Source: Bacteroidota bacterium
GTDB lineage: Bacteria > Bacteroidota > Bacteroidia > Palsa-948
NCBI GenBank assembly: GCA_016213405.1
Contig: JACRAM010000012.1
Coordinates: 3,948 to 67,947 of the forward strand
Direction of reading: 5' to 3'
DNA length: 64,000 nt
Below are positions 44,763 to 53,151 of this stretch, one piece after another; the first letter of the stretch is position 1; each line of letters starts with the position of its first letter. The notes under the pieces are model-generated. The model was not told where the DNA came from, made no database searches, and saw only the letters and a program-made list of their open reading frames with translations. The position numbers and the translations under genes are program-made.

Positions 44763-46536
44763 AATTTTGTTCCACAAAATACATTTCAATTTCGCCTTTG
44801 TTCTTAGCAGGAATTTTTCCTCTGAATTGACAACTGAATTTATTTTTGATTAACTCTTGAGTTGTTCCTGAGATATTAATCTTTCCAGCTTTGCCTGATG
44901 ATTCCATTCTACTCGCTGTATTAACTGTATCTCCCCAAATGTCGTAAGCGAATTTTTTATCTCCAACTACTCCAGCTGTAACAGAACCTGTATGAATTCC
45001 TATTCTAAGGCTCCATTTATTACTTTGTCCTTTCATCCAATTTTGTATTTCCATCGCTGCTTTCACAACATCCATCGCATTCGTTGTGTTTGCTGTCGGC
45101 AATCCACCCACACACATATACGCATCTCCGATGGTTTTTATTTTTTCTATTGGGTATTTGGAAATTACTTCATCAAACTTCTTAAAAAGAAAATCTAACT
45201 CGCTCACCAATTCTTCTGCAGAAAGTTTTTCGGAAATGTCAGTGAAATTTTTAAAATCAGTGAACATTACTGTTACATTTTCATAATGTTTTGCCGTTGC
45301 TTTGCCGTGTTGTTTCAATTCTCTCGCTGTTTCAGCAGGAAGAATGTTCAACAGAAGTTTTTCAGATTTTCTTCTTTCACGAAAAATAAATACTGAAAGA
45401 ATCAAAGCAACTAATAATCCTGCTGCCACTGACCAGATTATTATTTTCTGGCGATTCATTTGTGCGTCCTGAAGTTCTTTATCCTTATTTAATAAAGCAA
45501 TCTGCTGTTCTTTTTTCTCCGTTTCATATTTGGTTTGCATTTCGGTGATTTGTTTAGAGGATTCCTGATTCAACAATGTATCCTTCATTTCAGAATAGAA
45601 TTTATGATATTCATATGCTTTCTTCCAGCTGCCCACATCTTGACCAAAAGCTTTCTGAGCCTTTAAAGAATAAATGTCCGCCAGTAATTTTGCTGCTCTT
45701 GCAATAAACTCAGGATAATTATTTTCCTGTGCAATTTTTAGCGCTTCTTCAGAATATTCAATTGCTTTTTTTTCATCGCCAAGCTTATGGTATACCGCTC
45801 CGATATTGTTAAGCGAATTCCCAACTCCAAACATATTTCTAATCTCTTTTTGCAGTTCCAACCCTTTGTGATAATACTGCAGGGCATCCAGTAAATTATT
45901 TTTGATGTAATAGCAAAACCCAATATTATTTAATGCAGTCGAAATACCTTCTATATGTTTTGCACTCTCCCATGCATCAAGACTTTGCATAAAATACACG
46001 AGTGCTTTATCAAGGTTTCCCATGATTTTATATTCAACCCCGATATTATTCAAGGAATATCCAATATCTTTTTTATCACCAAGCTTCATTCTGATTGTCA
46101 GACTCTTTTCATACGACTCAAGCGCTTTATCTCTTCGACCGGTTGCATCATAAATAAATCCCAGTTCATTCAGTGCGGTTGCAATTCCTTTTTTATCATC
46201 TAACTCCTCCCAGATTTTCATACTCTTTAAGTAATATTCCAACGCTTCATCCATTTTCCCAAAATTGGCATAGACGTATCCCAAATTATTCAGCGAACTT
46301 GCAACTCCTCTTTTGTCATAAAGTTTTTCCGAAAGCCGCAATGCTTCTTCAGAATATTTAAGCATATTCTTTTCATCACAATTCTCAAATAGCTGCAATA
46401 AAATACTGATTTTACCAGTATCTTCATTCGAATTTCCAAGAGCAGTTAAAAGCGAGTCTTCGATTGATTTTTGTGAAAAGCAGATAGAAAGAAAAGAAGA
46501 AAGTTGAAAACAGAGCAAAAAAAATCCGGACTTCAT
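44755..46536 (-). CDS. TPR-repeat sensor protein with C-terminal class III adenylate/guanylate cyclase domain
   Basis: The order is signal/TM, ~8 TPR units, a coiled-coil segment (TEMQTKYETEKKEQQIALLNKD), a TM segment, then VTVMFTDFKNFT..KTIGDAYMCVGG..LRIGIHTGSVTAGVVG.KKFAYDIWGDTVNTASRMES. Confidence 0.9.
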   Translation of the reverse strand: MKSGFFLLCFQLSSFLSICFSQKSIEDSLLTALGNSNEDTGKISILLQLFENCDEKNMLKYSEEALRLSEKLYDKRGVASSLNNLGYVYANFGKMDEALEYYLKSMKIWEELDDKKGIATALNELGFIYDATGRRDKALESYEKSLTIRMKLGDKKDIGYSLNNIGVEYKIMGNLDKALVYFMQSLDAWESAKHIEGISTALNNIGFCYYIKNNLLDALQYYHKGLELQKEIRNMFGVGNSLNNIGAVYHKLGDEKKAIEYSEEALKIAQENNYPEFIARAAKLLADIYSLKAQKAFGQDVGSWKKAYEYHKFYSEMKDTLLNQESSKQITEMQTKYETEKKEQQIALLNKDKELQDAQMNRQKIIIWSVAAGLLVALILSVFIFRERRKSEKLLLNILPAETARELKQHGKATAKHYENVTVMFTDFKNFTDISEKLSAEELVSELDFLFKKFDEVISKYPIEKIKTIGDAYMCVGGLPTANTTNAMDVVKAAMEIQNWMKGQSNKWSLRIGIHTGSVTAGVVGDKKFAYDIWGDTVNTASRMESSGKAGKINISGTTQELIKNKFSCQFRGKIPAKNKGEIEMYFVEQNSI

Positions 46537-47195
46537 TGAATATCGCTTAATATTTTCTCAAGAGCAGCTGAAAGGTTAGAAACAGCAAGTTTAATATTCC
46601 AGTTTTTCTTGTTTCTTCTCACAACATAATTTGAAATGGCTCGAATCTGAACGCAGGAAATTTTTTCATGATTGCAAGCAAGAAAAAAAGCAGCACCTTC
46701 CATGCTTTCAATATCAGGATTGAATTTTTTGATAACCTTTTTTATGCTGACAGAATTTCCATGAGCCGTGTTGACTGTAATTCCTTTTACTTTTGGAAGA
46801 ACAGATAAAACTCTTCTTATCTTATCGCTTCTGACTTCTGACTTCTGACTTCTGACTTCCGGCATTCCCATTTCCTTCAGTGCCAAAAACTTTTCGCCAT
46901 CCTCCGCACCCAAATCTGCAAAACAATCACTTGTTACGTTCACAACGGTTCCTAGTGGAATATTTTTTTTAAAACTTCCTGCAATCCCAGCGTTAATTGC
47001 CAAGTCATATTTTTTATTCAGAATTTTTCCTAAATGAAATGCCGTTGCGGTCATTCCAACTCCTGTAATCAAAACGTCAATGGATTGTTCCCCGAACCGA
47101 AAAGATGAAATATTTTCTTTAGCAGAAATTTTTCTGAACTTTTTCAGCAGAGGAGTAATCTCAAATTTGGTTGCAGAAACAAGCAGGATTTTCAT
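46533..47195 (-). CDS. mqnB: Futalosine hydrolase-like nucleosidase (PNP_UDP_1 family)
   Basis: MKILLVSATKFEITPLL.., ..TGVGMTATA.. and ..ESMEGAAFF.. fit the MTAN/futalosine hydrolase family pattern. The symbol is tentative. Confidence 0.6.
   Translation of the reverse strand: MKILLVSATKFEITPLLKKFRKISAKENISSFRFGEQSIDVLITGVGMTATAFHLGKILNKKYDLAINAGIAGSFKKNIPLGTVVNVTSDCFADLGAEDGEKFLALKEMGMPEVRSQKSEVRSDKIRRVLSVLPKVKGITVNTAHGNSVSIKKVIKKFNPDIESMEGAAFFLACNHEKISCVQIRAISNYVVRRNKKNWNIKLAVSNLSAALEKILSDIQ
46828..46860. repeat. Heptamer array H7: 4.7 perfect copies of cttctga
   Basis: cttctgacttctgacttctgacttctgacttcc read directly. On the minus strand it encodes PEVRSQKSEVRS inside the mqnB-like CDS. 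Confidence 0.95.
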
Positions 47196-47261
47196 TTGTC
47201 AAATATACTGATGTATTTTATCTGTCTGAACTCATTCTATCAGTATGAATCTGTACTTTTC

Positions 47262-47269
47262 TATATTTG
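47262..47269 (+). promoter_or_regulatory. Candidate -7 box (TATATTTG) for queD-folE
   Basis: Matches TAnnTTTG, 19 bp upstream of the ATG at 47288. Confidence 0.3.
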
Positions 47270-47287
47270 CAGTTCTAAAAAATCAAG

Positions 47288-47701
47288 ATGGTATTTATCA
47301 CTCGCAGGGAGCAGTTTTCAGCAGCGCATAAATTGTTTCGCGAGGATTGGTCTGCTGAGAAAAACGTTGAAGTGTTCGGCAAATGCGCTAATCCAAACTG
47401 GCATGGACACAACTACCAATTATTTGTAACAGTGAAGGGAAAACAAAATACGGATACAAGTTTTGTAACGAATTTATCTGGCGTGAGCAATGTTATACGT
47501 GAAAAAGTGATTTCAAAGCTTGATCACAAAAATGTGAATATTGATGTGGATTTCATGAAAGGAAAACTTGCCAGCACTGAAAATCTAGCTGTGGAAATCT
47601 GGAAACAGATTGAATCACCCATAAAAAAACTTGGCTGCGAACTTTACTGTGTAAAAATCCAAGAAACGGAAAATAATTATGTAGAATATTTTGGAGAATA
47701 A
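47288..47701 (+). CDS. queD: 6-carboxytetrahydropterin synthase / 6-pyruvoyl-tetrahydropterin synthase family
   Basis: FSAAHKL...[11 protein letters not shown]...LDHKN is the PTPS/QueD zinc and catalytic motif set. The gene is adjacent to folE. Confidence 0.85.
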   Translation: MVFITRREQFSAAHKLFREDWSAEKNVEVFGKCANPNWHGHNYQLFVTVKGKQNTDTSFVTNLSGVSNVIREKVISKLDHKNVNIDVDFMKGKLASTENLAVEIWKQIESPIKKLGCELYCVKIQETENNYVEYFGE

Positions 47702-47703
47702 TT

Positions 47704-48306
47704 ATGAGCAATTACAAAAAAGTGGATGAGTATAATGCTGAAAATACCGAAAAACTTTCGGATTATTACAGACAGATATTAATACTTGCGGGAGAAGATA
47801 TAAAACGCGAAGGCATTTTGAAAACTCCGGAGCGCGCTGCAAAATCCATCCAATTTCTTACGCATGGCAATTGTCTCAACCCCGCTGAAATTCTCAGCTC
47901 GGCTTTATTCAAAGATGATTACAAACAAATGGTTCTTGTAAAGGATATTGAAATTTATTCTTTATGCGAACATCATCTGCTTCCATTTTTCGGGAAAGCG
48001 CACATTGCATACATTCCAAATGGGAAAATAGTTGGACTCAGCAAAATTCCGCGCGTGGTGGATGCATTCGCAAGAAGATTGCAGGTGCAGGAGCGATTGA
48101 CTACACAAATCCGAGACTGCATACAGGAAACACTGAATCCGCTTGGCGTTGCGGTGGTAATTGAAGCAAAACATTTGTGCATGCTCATGCGCGGAGTGCA
48201 GAAACAAAATTCAGTTGCAACAACTTCGGCATTTACGGGAGCATTTCTGAACAATGAAAAAACAAGAGAAGAGTTTGTTCATTTGATTTCAGGAAAATTA
48301 CATTGA
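47704..48306 (+). CDS. folE: GTP cyclohydrolase I
   Basis: TPERAAK.., ..[21 protein letters not shown].., ..[22 protein letters not shown]... Confidence 0.95.
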   Translation: MSNYKKVDEYNAENTEKLSDYYRQILILAGEDIKREGILKTPERAAKSIQFLTHGNCLNPAEILSSALFKDDYKQMVLVKDIEIYSLCEHHLLPFFGKAHIAYIPNGKIVGLSKIPRVVDAFARRLQVQERLTTQIRDCIQETLNPLGVAVVIEAKHLCMLMRGVQKQNSVATTSAFTGAFLNNEKTREEFVHLISGKLH

Positions 48307-48309
48307 AAA

Positions 48310-50022
48310 ATGAAAAATATTTTTCATTACTTCATTTCTTTTTTCACTTTCCACTTTCTGTTCTCTACTTGTTACTCTCAGGATTACCTTGGCATTGCCA
48401 ACAGCGCCTTTGCTGGAGTAAATGGAATTGATGTAAACCCTGCAAGCATTGTAAACAATCCCCGCAAATGGGATGTAACCATTATTGGATTAAATGTAGC
48501 CGTGGCAAATAATTATGTCGGGCTGAACTCAAAAGGGAGCAAGCATCTTAAATCCATGAATCCTGATCCTTTTGATCAGGCAAATTTTCTCACCTTGGGT
48601 TCAAATGGAAAAACTGTTTCAGTTTTTGCCGGAGTTAATATTACACTTCCCTCATTTATGTTTACCCGCCCGAAACACAAGGACGCATTTGCTTTCACCT
48701 GCAAGAGCAGGATTTACGCAGAGTTGGATGGCATTGATCCGACACTTGCTGATATTATGATTAACGGACAAAATGATAGCGCGCTTTTCAACCAGGATTT
48801 ATCTGCATTAAGAATCAGCGCACAGGCAATGGTGTGGAACGAATACGGAATCACATACGGAAAAACTGTTATGCAAACAAACAACGAACGGTTGAATGTG
48901 GCAGGACGACTGAAATATCTTCAGGGAATTGCCGCCATGTATCTTTTTGTGAAGGATATAAAATATAATTTTTATACTAAAGACAGTATTGGTGTTGAAA
49001 GTTCACTTATTCATTACGGTCATTCCGATAATCTTGAATTCAATAAGGAATCTGCAAAATTTAAAGCCGGTGGAAAACCATCTTTTGGTCTTGACCTTGG
49101 CGCTACCTATGAATTTCACCCGCTGACGGATGTTCACTCCCGTACAAAATCACAATCCAAAACAACTCCGCTTCAGCATGAATACAAATACAAAATCGGT
49201 TTGTCTGTTCAGGATTTGGGCTGGATAAAATATTTGAAGCCCGCAGATGCGCGAGATTTCAAAGCGGAAGTACAAGGAAATGTTGATTTTAACACACTGC
49301 AAAGTTCCGGAACAAATCCGCTTGCTTCGGCAGATGATTCGCTGAAATTTAAATTCAAGATGGTTCCGGATGATGATAAATTCAGGATGAACCTTCCTAC
49401 GCTTATCAGCGCACAAGGCGACTATTACGCAGGAAAAAATATTTATGTGAATTCAACTTTCAATTATGCTTTTCAGTTTAAGAATAATGAAGATAAAATT
49501 CATGAAGTAACCACTTTCAGCATCACTCCGCGCTGGGACTGGAAATGGCTGGGTGCGTATGTTCCTTTTTCATACAACAAATATTCACATGTGCGCGCTG
49601 GAGCATCTCTTCGCATTGGTCCGCTGATTTTCGGAACAGCCGATCTGCTTCCTCTTCTTTCCAAACGCGATATAAAAGGCATTGATTTTCATTTCATGCT
49701 TAAGGTTCCGCATATTCATTTCGGAAAGAAAGATAAAAAACCAAGAAGCAAGAGCAAGTTTGACGTGAACAGAAAAAAAGATAAGAAACCGAAAAAGCAA
49801 AAACAGGGCAAGACAGACATGCCGAAAAAAGATACTACTGCTACGAAACATAAACAACCCAAGCCTGAAAAGAAAAAGAAAAAAGAACATGACATCAAGA
49901 CCGTAAAACAGAAAAAGAAAACAAAAAAACATATCTTCCCCAGAGTTCACATTTTCAAAAAGAAAAACAAACACACCGCAAATCCGGAAGACCGCGACCA
50001 CATTATTTATTTTAAATTGTAA
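48310..50022 (+). CDS. Hypothetical outer-membrane beta-barrel-like protein with a ~90-aa Lys-rich insertion near the C-terminus
   Basis: It has a signal peptide, alternating beta-strand-like composition and a terminal ..IIYFKL. The family was not recognised. Confidence 0.65.
   Translation: MKNIFHYFISFFTFHFLFSTCYSQDYLGIANSAFAGVNGIDVNPASIVNNPRKWDVTIIGLNVAVANNYVGLNSKGSKHLKSMNPDPFDQANFLTLGSNGKTVSVFAGVNITLPSFMFTRPKHKDAFAFTCKSRIYAELDGIDPTLADIMINGQNDSALFNQDLSALRISAQAMVWNEYGITYGKTVMQTNNERLNVAGRLKYLQGIAAMYLFVKDIKYNFYTKDSIGVESSLIHYGHSDNLEFNKESAKFKAGGKPSFGLDLGATYEFHPLTDVHSRTKSQSKTTPLQHEYKYKIGLSVQDLGWIKYLKPADARDFKAEVQGNVDFNTLQSSGTNPLASADDSLKFKFKMVPDDDKFRMNLPTLISAQGDYYAGKNIYVNSTFNYAFQFKNNEDKIHEVTTFSITPRWDWKWLGAYVPFSYNKYSHVRAGASLRIGPLIFGTADLLPLLSKRDIKGIDFHFMLKVPHIHFGKKDKKPRSKSKFDVNRKKDKKPKKQKQGKTDMPKKDTTATKHKQPKPEKKKKKEHDIKTVKQKKKTKKHIFPRVHIFKKKNKHTANPEDRDHIIYFKL
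48343..48377. repeat. Heptamer array H8, weak (ttcactt tccactt tctgttc tctactt gttactc)
   Basis: Period-7 pattern in the signal-peptide coding region (FFTFHFLFSTCY). It is more degenerate than the other arrays. Confidence 0.4.
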
Positions 50023-50135
50023 AACACCAATAGATTTTTTTCAAAAACTGTACCTTTATAGCTGTATTATTCGTTTCCTTATTGTTTGTATCTTTAGCAT
50101 GAAATTTGTTTAGGGTGTTTCAAATTCACAACGTC

Positions 50136-51434
50136 ATGAAAAAAAAATTCTTATCCGCTTTGCTCTTTCTTACTTCGCTCTGTGCTTTCTCTCAAAAATC
50201 CAATTTTGTTTTCTTTTCAGAAAACGGAGAGCCATTTTCCCTGATGTTAAATGGAATCACTTATAATAGTTCTCCTCAATCCAATGTAAAAGCAGAGCGC
50301 CTTGCATCCGGAATTTACTCTGCGAAAATTACTTTCTCCGACCCTTCGCTGGGGAATATAATAGAACAATTATCTCTTGACGGAGGTGTTGAAGTAACTT
50401 TTATGATATCGCTGGCAAAAAAAACTGGCGTTGAAAAAGAAGTTCAGAAATTCGGCAAAGGATTTTTTTCCACCAAGCCCGACTCTGTTGTAGAAAAAGA
50501 AAAAGAAAAAATTGATAATACTGTTGGAAAATATGTGCTCGTGTTTCTTTCAAAAACAAAAATTTCAGAATCAGAATCAACTTCTTCCAATACAGCCAAT
50601 ACCTCCAGAACTCAAACCAATGCCGATGCGATGCCTGAACAGGGGCAATACCGCGGTAGCGGTGACCCTTTAAAAGGATTGAATGTTACCAAGTCAAAAG
50701 ACATGCTCATAGGAAATTATTATGCCGTTATTATTGGAATTGATAAGTACAAAGGCAAATGGTTGCCTTTGCAAAATGCAGTGAATGACGCCAAGACAAT
50801 TGAAACAACACTCAAATCAAAATACAAGTTTGACAGTTTCCACACGCTATATAATGAACAGGCAACCCGAAAAGCAATCATTGCTGAACTGGAGTGGCTG
50901 GTGAAAAATGTAGAAGAAGAAGATAATGTATTGATTTATTATTCCGGACACGGAGAATATAAAAAGGAATTGAACAAAGGATTCTGGGTTCCTGCTGATG
51001 CTCTTTCAAGTACAACAGCTGATTATATTTCCAATAATGATATTCAAACTTATCTCAGCGGCATTAAATCAAAACACACATTGCTGGTTGCCGATGCCTG
51101 CTTCAGCGGAGATTTGTTCAGAGGAAATACCGTATCGGTTCCTTTCGAAAATTCTGAAAAATATTACAAGGAAGTTCACGGACTGGCTTCCCGACAGGCA
51201 TTTACTTCGGGCGGTATCGAACCGGTGATGGATGGAGGAAAAAACGGACATTCTGTTTTTGCATATTATTTTTTAAAGTCATTAAGTGAAAATGAAAGTA
51301 AATATTTTGATGCGAGCCAGTTATATGATAAAATAAAAATTCCTGTTGTAAATAATTCTGAGCAAACACCCAAGCTTTCCCCTCTCAAAGATACAGGCGA
51401 TGAAGGCGGGCAGTTTATTTTTATTAAGAAATAA
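50136..51434 (+). CDS. Secreted caspase-family (peptidase C14, clan CD) protein
   Basis: The start is placed at MKKKFLSALLF (signal peptide). YAVIIGIDKY..., the His site YYSGHGEY and the Cys site LLVADACFSG form the clan CD His/Cys dyad context. Confidence 0.8.
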   Translation: MKKKFLSALLFLTSLCAFSQKSNFVFFSENGEPFSLMLNGITYNSSPQSNVKAERLASGIYSAKITFSDPSLGNIIEQLSLDGGVEVTFMISLAKKTGVEKEVQKFGKGFFSTKPDSVVEKEKEKIDNTVGKYVLVFLSKTKISESESTSSNTANTSRTQTNADAMPEQGQYRGSGDPLKGLNVTKSKDMLIGNYYAVIIGIDKYKGKWLPLQNAVNDAKTIETTLKSKYKFDSFHTLYNEQATRKAIIAELEWLVKNVEEEDNVLIYYSGHGEYKKELNKGFWVPADALSSTTADYISNNDIQTYLSGIKSKHTLLVADACFSGDLFRGNTVSVPFENSEKYYKEVHGLASRQAFTSGGIEPVMDGGKNGHSVFAYYFLKSLSENESKYFDASQLYDKIKIPVVNNSEQTPKLSPLKDTGDEGGQFIFIKK

Positions 51435-51559
51435 AAAAGACCAATCCCTTTTTACAAAAGAAGTTATCGACACAATCCTTTGTTGATATTTCCATTTTTC
51501 ATTTTCTTTTTCATTTGGTTCTCGTTCGTACATTCGTGAAAATTCTTAATTCGTAGTTT

Positions 51560-52444
51560 ATGAAAGCATATATTTTCCCAGGACAAGGCTCACAGTTTTC
51601 AGGAATGGGCAAAGACCTTTTTGAAAGCTCAGTTATTGCCAGAGAACTTTTTGAAAAAGCAAATACTCTTCTTGGTTTCCACATAACCGGAACTATGTTT
51701 GGCGGAACCGATGAAGAACTCAAGCAAACACAAATCACACAGCCCGCAATTTTTCTGCACTCTGTAATTCTTGCAAAAACTCTGGATGGAAATTTAAAAC
51801 CCGATGCTGTGGCAGGACATTCGCTCGGAGAATTTTCTGCTTTGGTTTCAGCAAACGCAATGACATTTGAAGACGGACTTTCTCTTGTTTACAAACGCGC
51901 AATAGCGATGCAAAAAGCCTGCGAAGCAAATCCTTCCACCATGGCGGCAATTTTAAATCTTGACGATAAAATTGTAGAGAATATTTGTGCGGAGATTTCA
52001 AACTCAGGCGAAGTGGTGGTTGCGGCAAACTATAATTGTCCCGGGCAATTGGTTATTTCTGGTTCCATCAAAGGCGTGAACATTGCCTGCGAAAAATTAA
52101 AAGCAGCGGGAGCAAAGCGTGCATTGCTGCTGCCCGTGGGCGGTGCTTTTCATTCTCCGTTGATGGAGTCCGCAAAAAAAGAGTTGGAAGCCGCCATCAA
52201 CGCTACAAATTTTTCTACACCTATTTGTCCTGTTTATCAGAATGTGAATGCAAGTCCTGTCACTGACCCATCTGAAATAAAAAAGAATTTAATCGCGCAA
52301 CTCACATCTCCCGTTCGCTGGACACAAACCATTCAGCGCATGACAGCCGATGGAATAAATTCTTACGTGGAAGTGGGTCCGGGAAAAGTTTTGCAGGGAT
52401 TAGTTAAGAAAGTGAATAAAGACGCAGAAGCAATTTCGGCATAA
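51560..52444 (+). CDS. fabD: Malonyl CoA-acyl carrier protein transacylase
   Basis: FPGQGSQFSGMG, the active-site GHSLGEFSA, and ..GAFHSPLM... Confidence 0.95.
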   Translation: MKAYIFPGQGSQFSGMGKDLFESSVIARELFEKANTLLGFHITGTMFGGTDEELKQTQITQPAIFLHSVILAKTLDGNLKPDAVAGHSLGEFSALVSANAMTFEDGLSLVYKRAIAMQKACEANPSTMAAILNLDDKIVENICAEISNSGEVVVAANYNCPGQLVISGSIKGVNIACEKLKAAGAKRALLLPVGGAFHSPLMESAKKELEAAINATNFSTPICPVYQNVNASPVTDPSEIKKNLIAQLTSPVRWTQTIQRMTADGINSYVEVGPGKVLQGLVKKVNKDAEAISA

Positions 52445-52453
52445 AATCATTTA

Positions 52454-53107
52454 ATGAAAAAGCGCATCCTAATTCTTCTTGGTTCTTGGTTTTTGGTGCT
52501 TGGTTCTGCTCAAGCACAGTTCTTCCAAGGTATTGGCATCACGGGCGGTGTAACGCTGGCAAAACAAAAATGGTTTCTTACCAACTCGATTGATGGAATT
52601 GATATTGTTAAAAAGAAAAATATTTTTGGCTTCAACGGTTCAGTAAGAGCGGAGTTTATTGATAATGATGTGATGCGATGGGTAACTGAATTTCAATTCA
52701 ACCAAAAAGGATGTAAAGACAAAACTGACGCTGCCACTTTCAGAAACCGGCTGAATTATATCTGCTGGAATAATTTTTTGAAATTCCAATACGAAACATT
52801 TGATGGTTTTCCTTATATGTTGCTTGGACCAAGAGTTGAATACACGCTCACGCAGGCAACAAATTCCCCCGCCATCACTGGCGCATTTAATAAATTAAAT
52901 TTCAGCTGGGGAATTGCTGCAGGTTTTGAAAAAATTGTTTACAGTTATTTCAAGCCCTTCATTGAAGTGCATTTCAATCCTGACACTCCTTTTTATTACG
53001 CATACAACGAAGAAACATTCAGAATTCGCAACCGCGCATGGGAATTGCGCATTGGTTTGATTTACCGCCCGGGCGGACATGATTCTTGCCCAGCTGTTAT
53101 CTATTAA
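52454..53107 (+). CDS. Outer membrane beta-barrel (porin-family/OmpA-like barrel) protein
   Basis: 217 aa with a signal peptide ending AQA and alternating aromatic beta-strand pattern. It ends ..RIGLIYRPG.. and has no recognisable enzymatic motif. Confidence 0.6.
   Translation: MKKRILILLGSWFLVLGSAQAQFFQGIGITGGVTLAKQKWFLTNSIDGIDIVKKKNIFGFNGSVRAEFIDNDVMRWVTEFQFNQKGCKDKTDAATFRNRLNYICWNNFLKFQYETFDGFPYMLLGPRVEYTLTQATNSPAITGAFNKLNFSWGIAAGFEKIVYSYFKPFIEVHFNPDTPFYYAYNEETFRIRNRAWELRIGLIYRPGGHDSCPAVIY
52478..52512. repeat. Heptamer array H9 (cttggtt cttggtt tttggtg cttggtt ctgctca)
   Basis: Phased 7-bp units encoding LGSWFLVLGSAQ of the signal peptide. Confidence 0.8.
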
Positions 53108-53151
53108 CTTCTTCAAACAATATTTTCCGCCAATCATCGTATCTTTATTTC

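Noticed and set aside
47196-47287. preQ1-riboswitch-like A-rich tail (gttctaaaaaatcaag) and an 8-bp inverted repeat (atactgat..atcagtat) upstream of queD-folE
   Set aside because: No P1 stem or conserved preQ1-I loop can be drawn. The A-rich run is only ~10 nt from the ATG. The inverted repeat lies upstream of the likely -7 box, so it would not be in the transcript.
49585-50001. Minus-strand ORFs (49585-50001 and 49716-49898) rich in Phe/Leu
   Set aside because: They are the complement of the Lys-rich AAR-codon insertion of the 48310-50022 gene. They are spurious.
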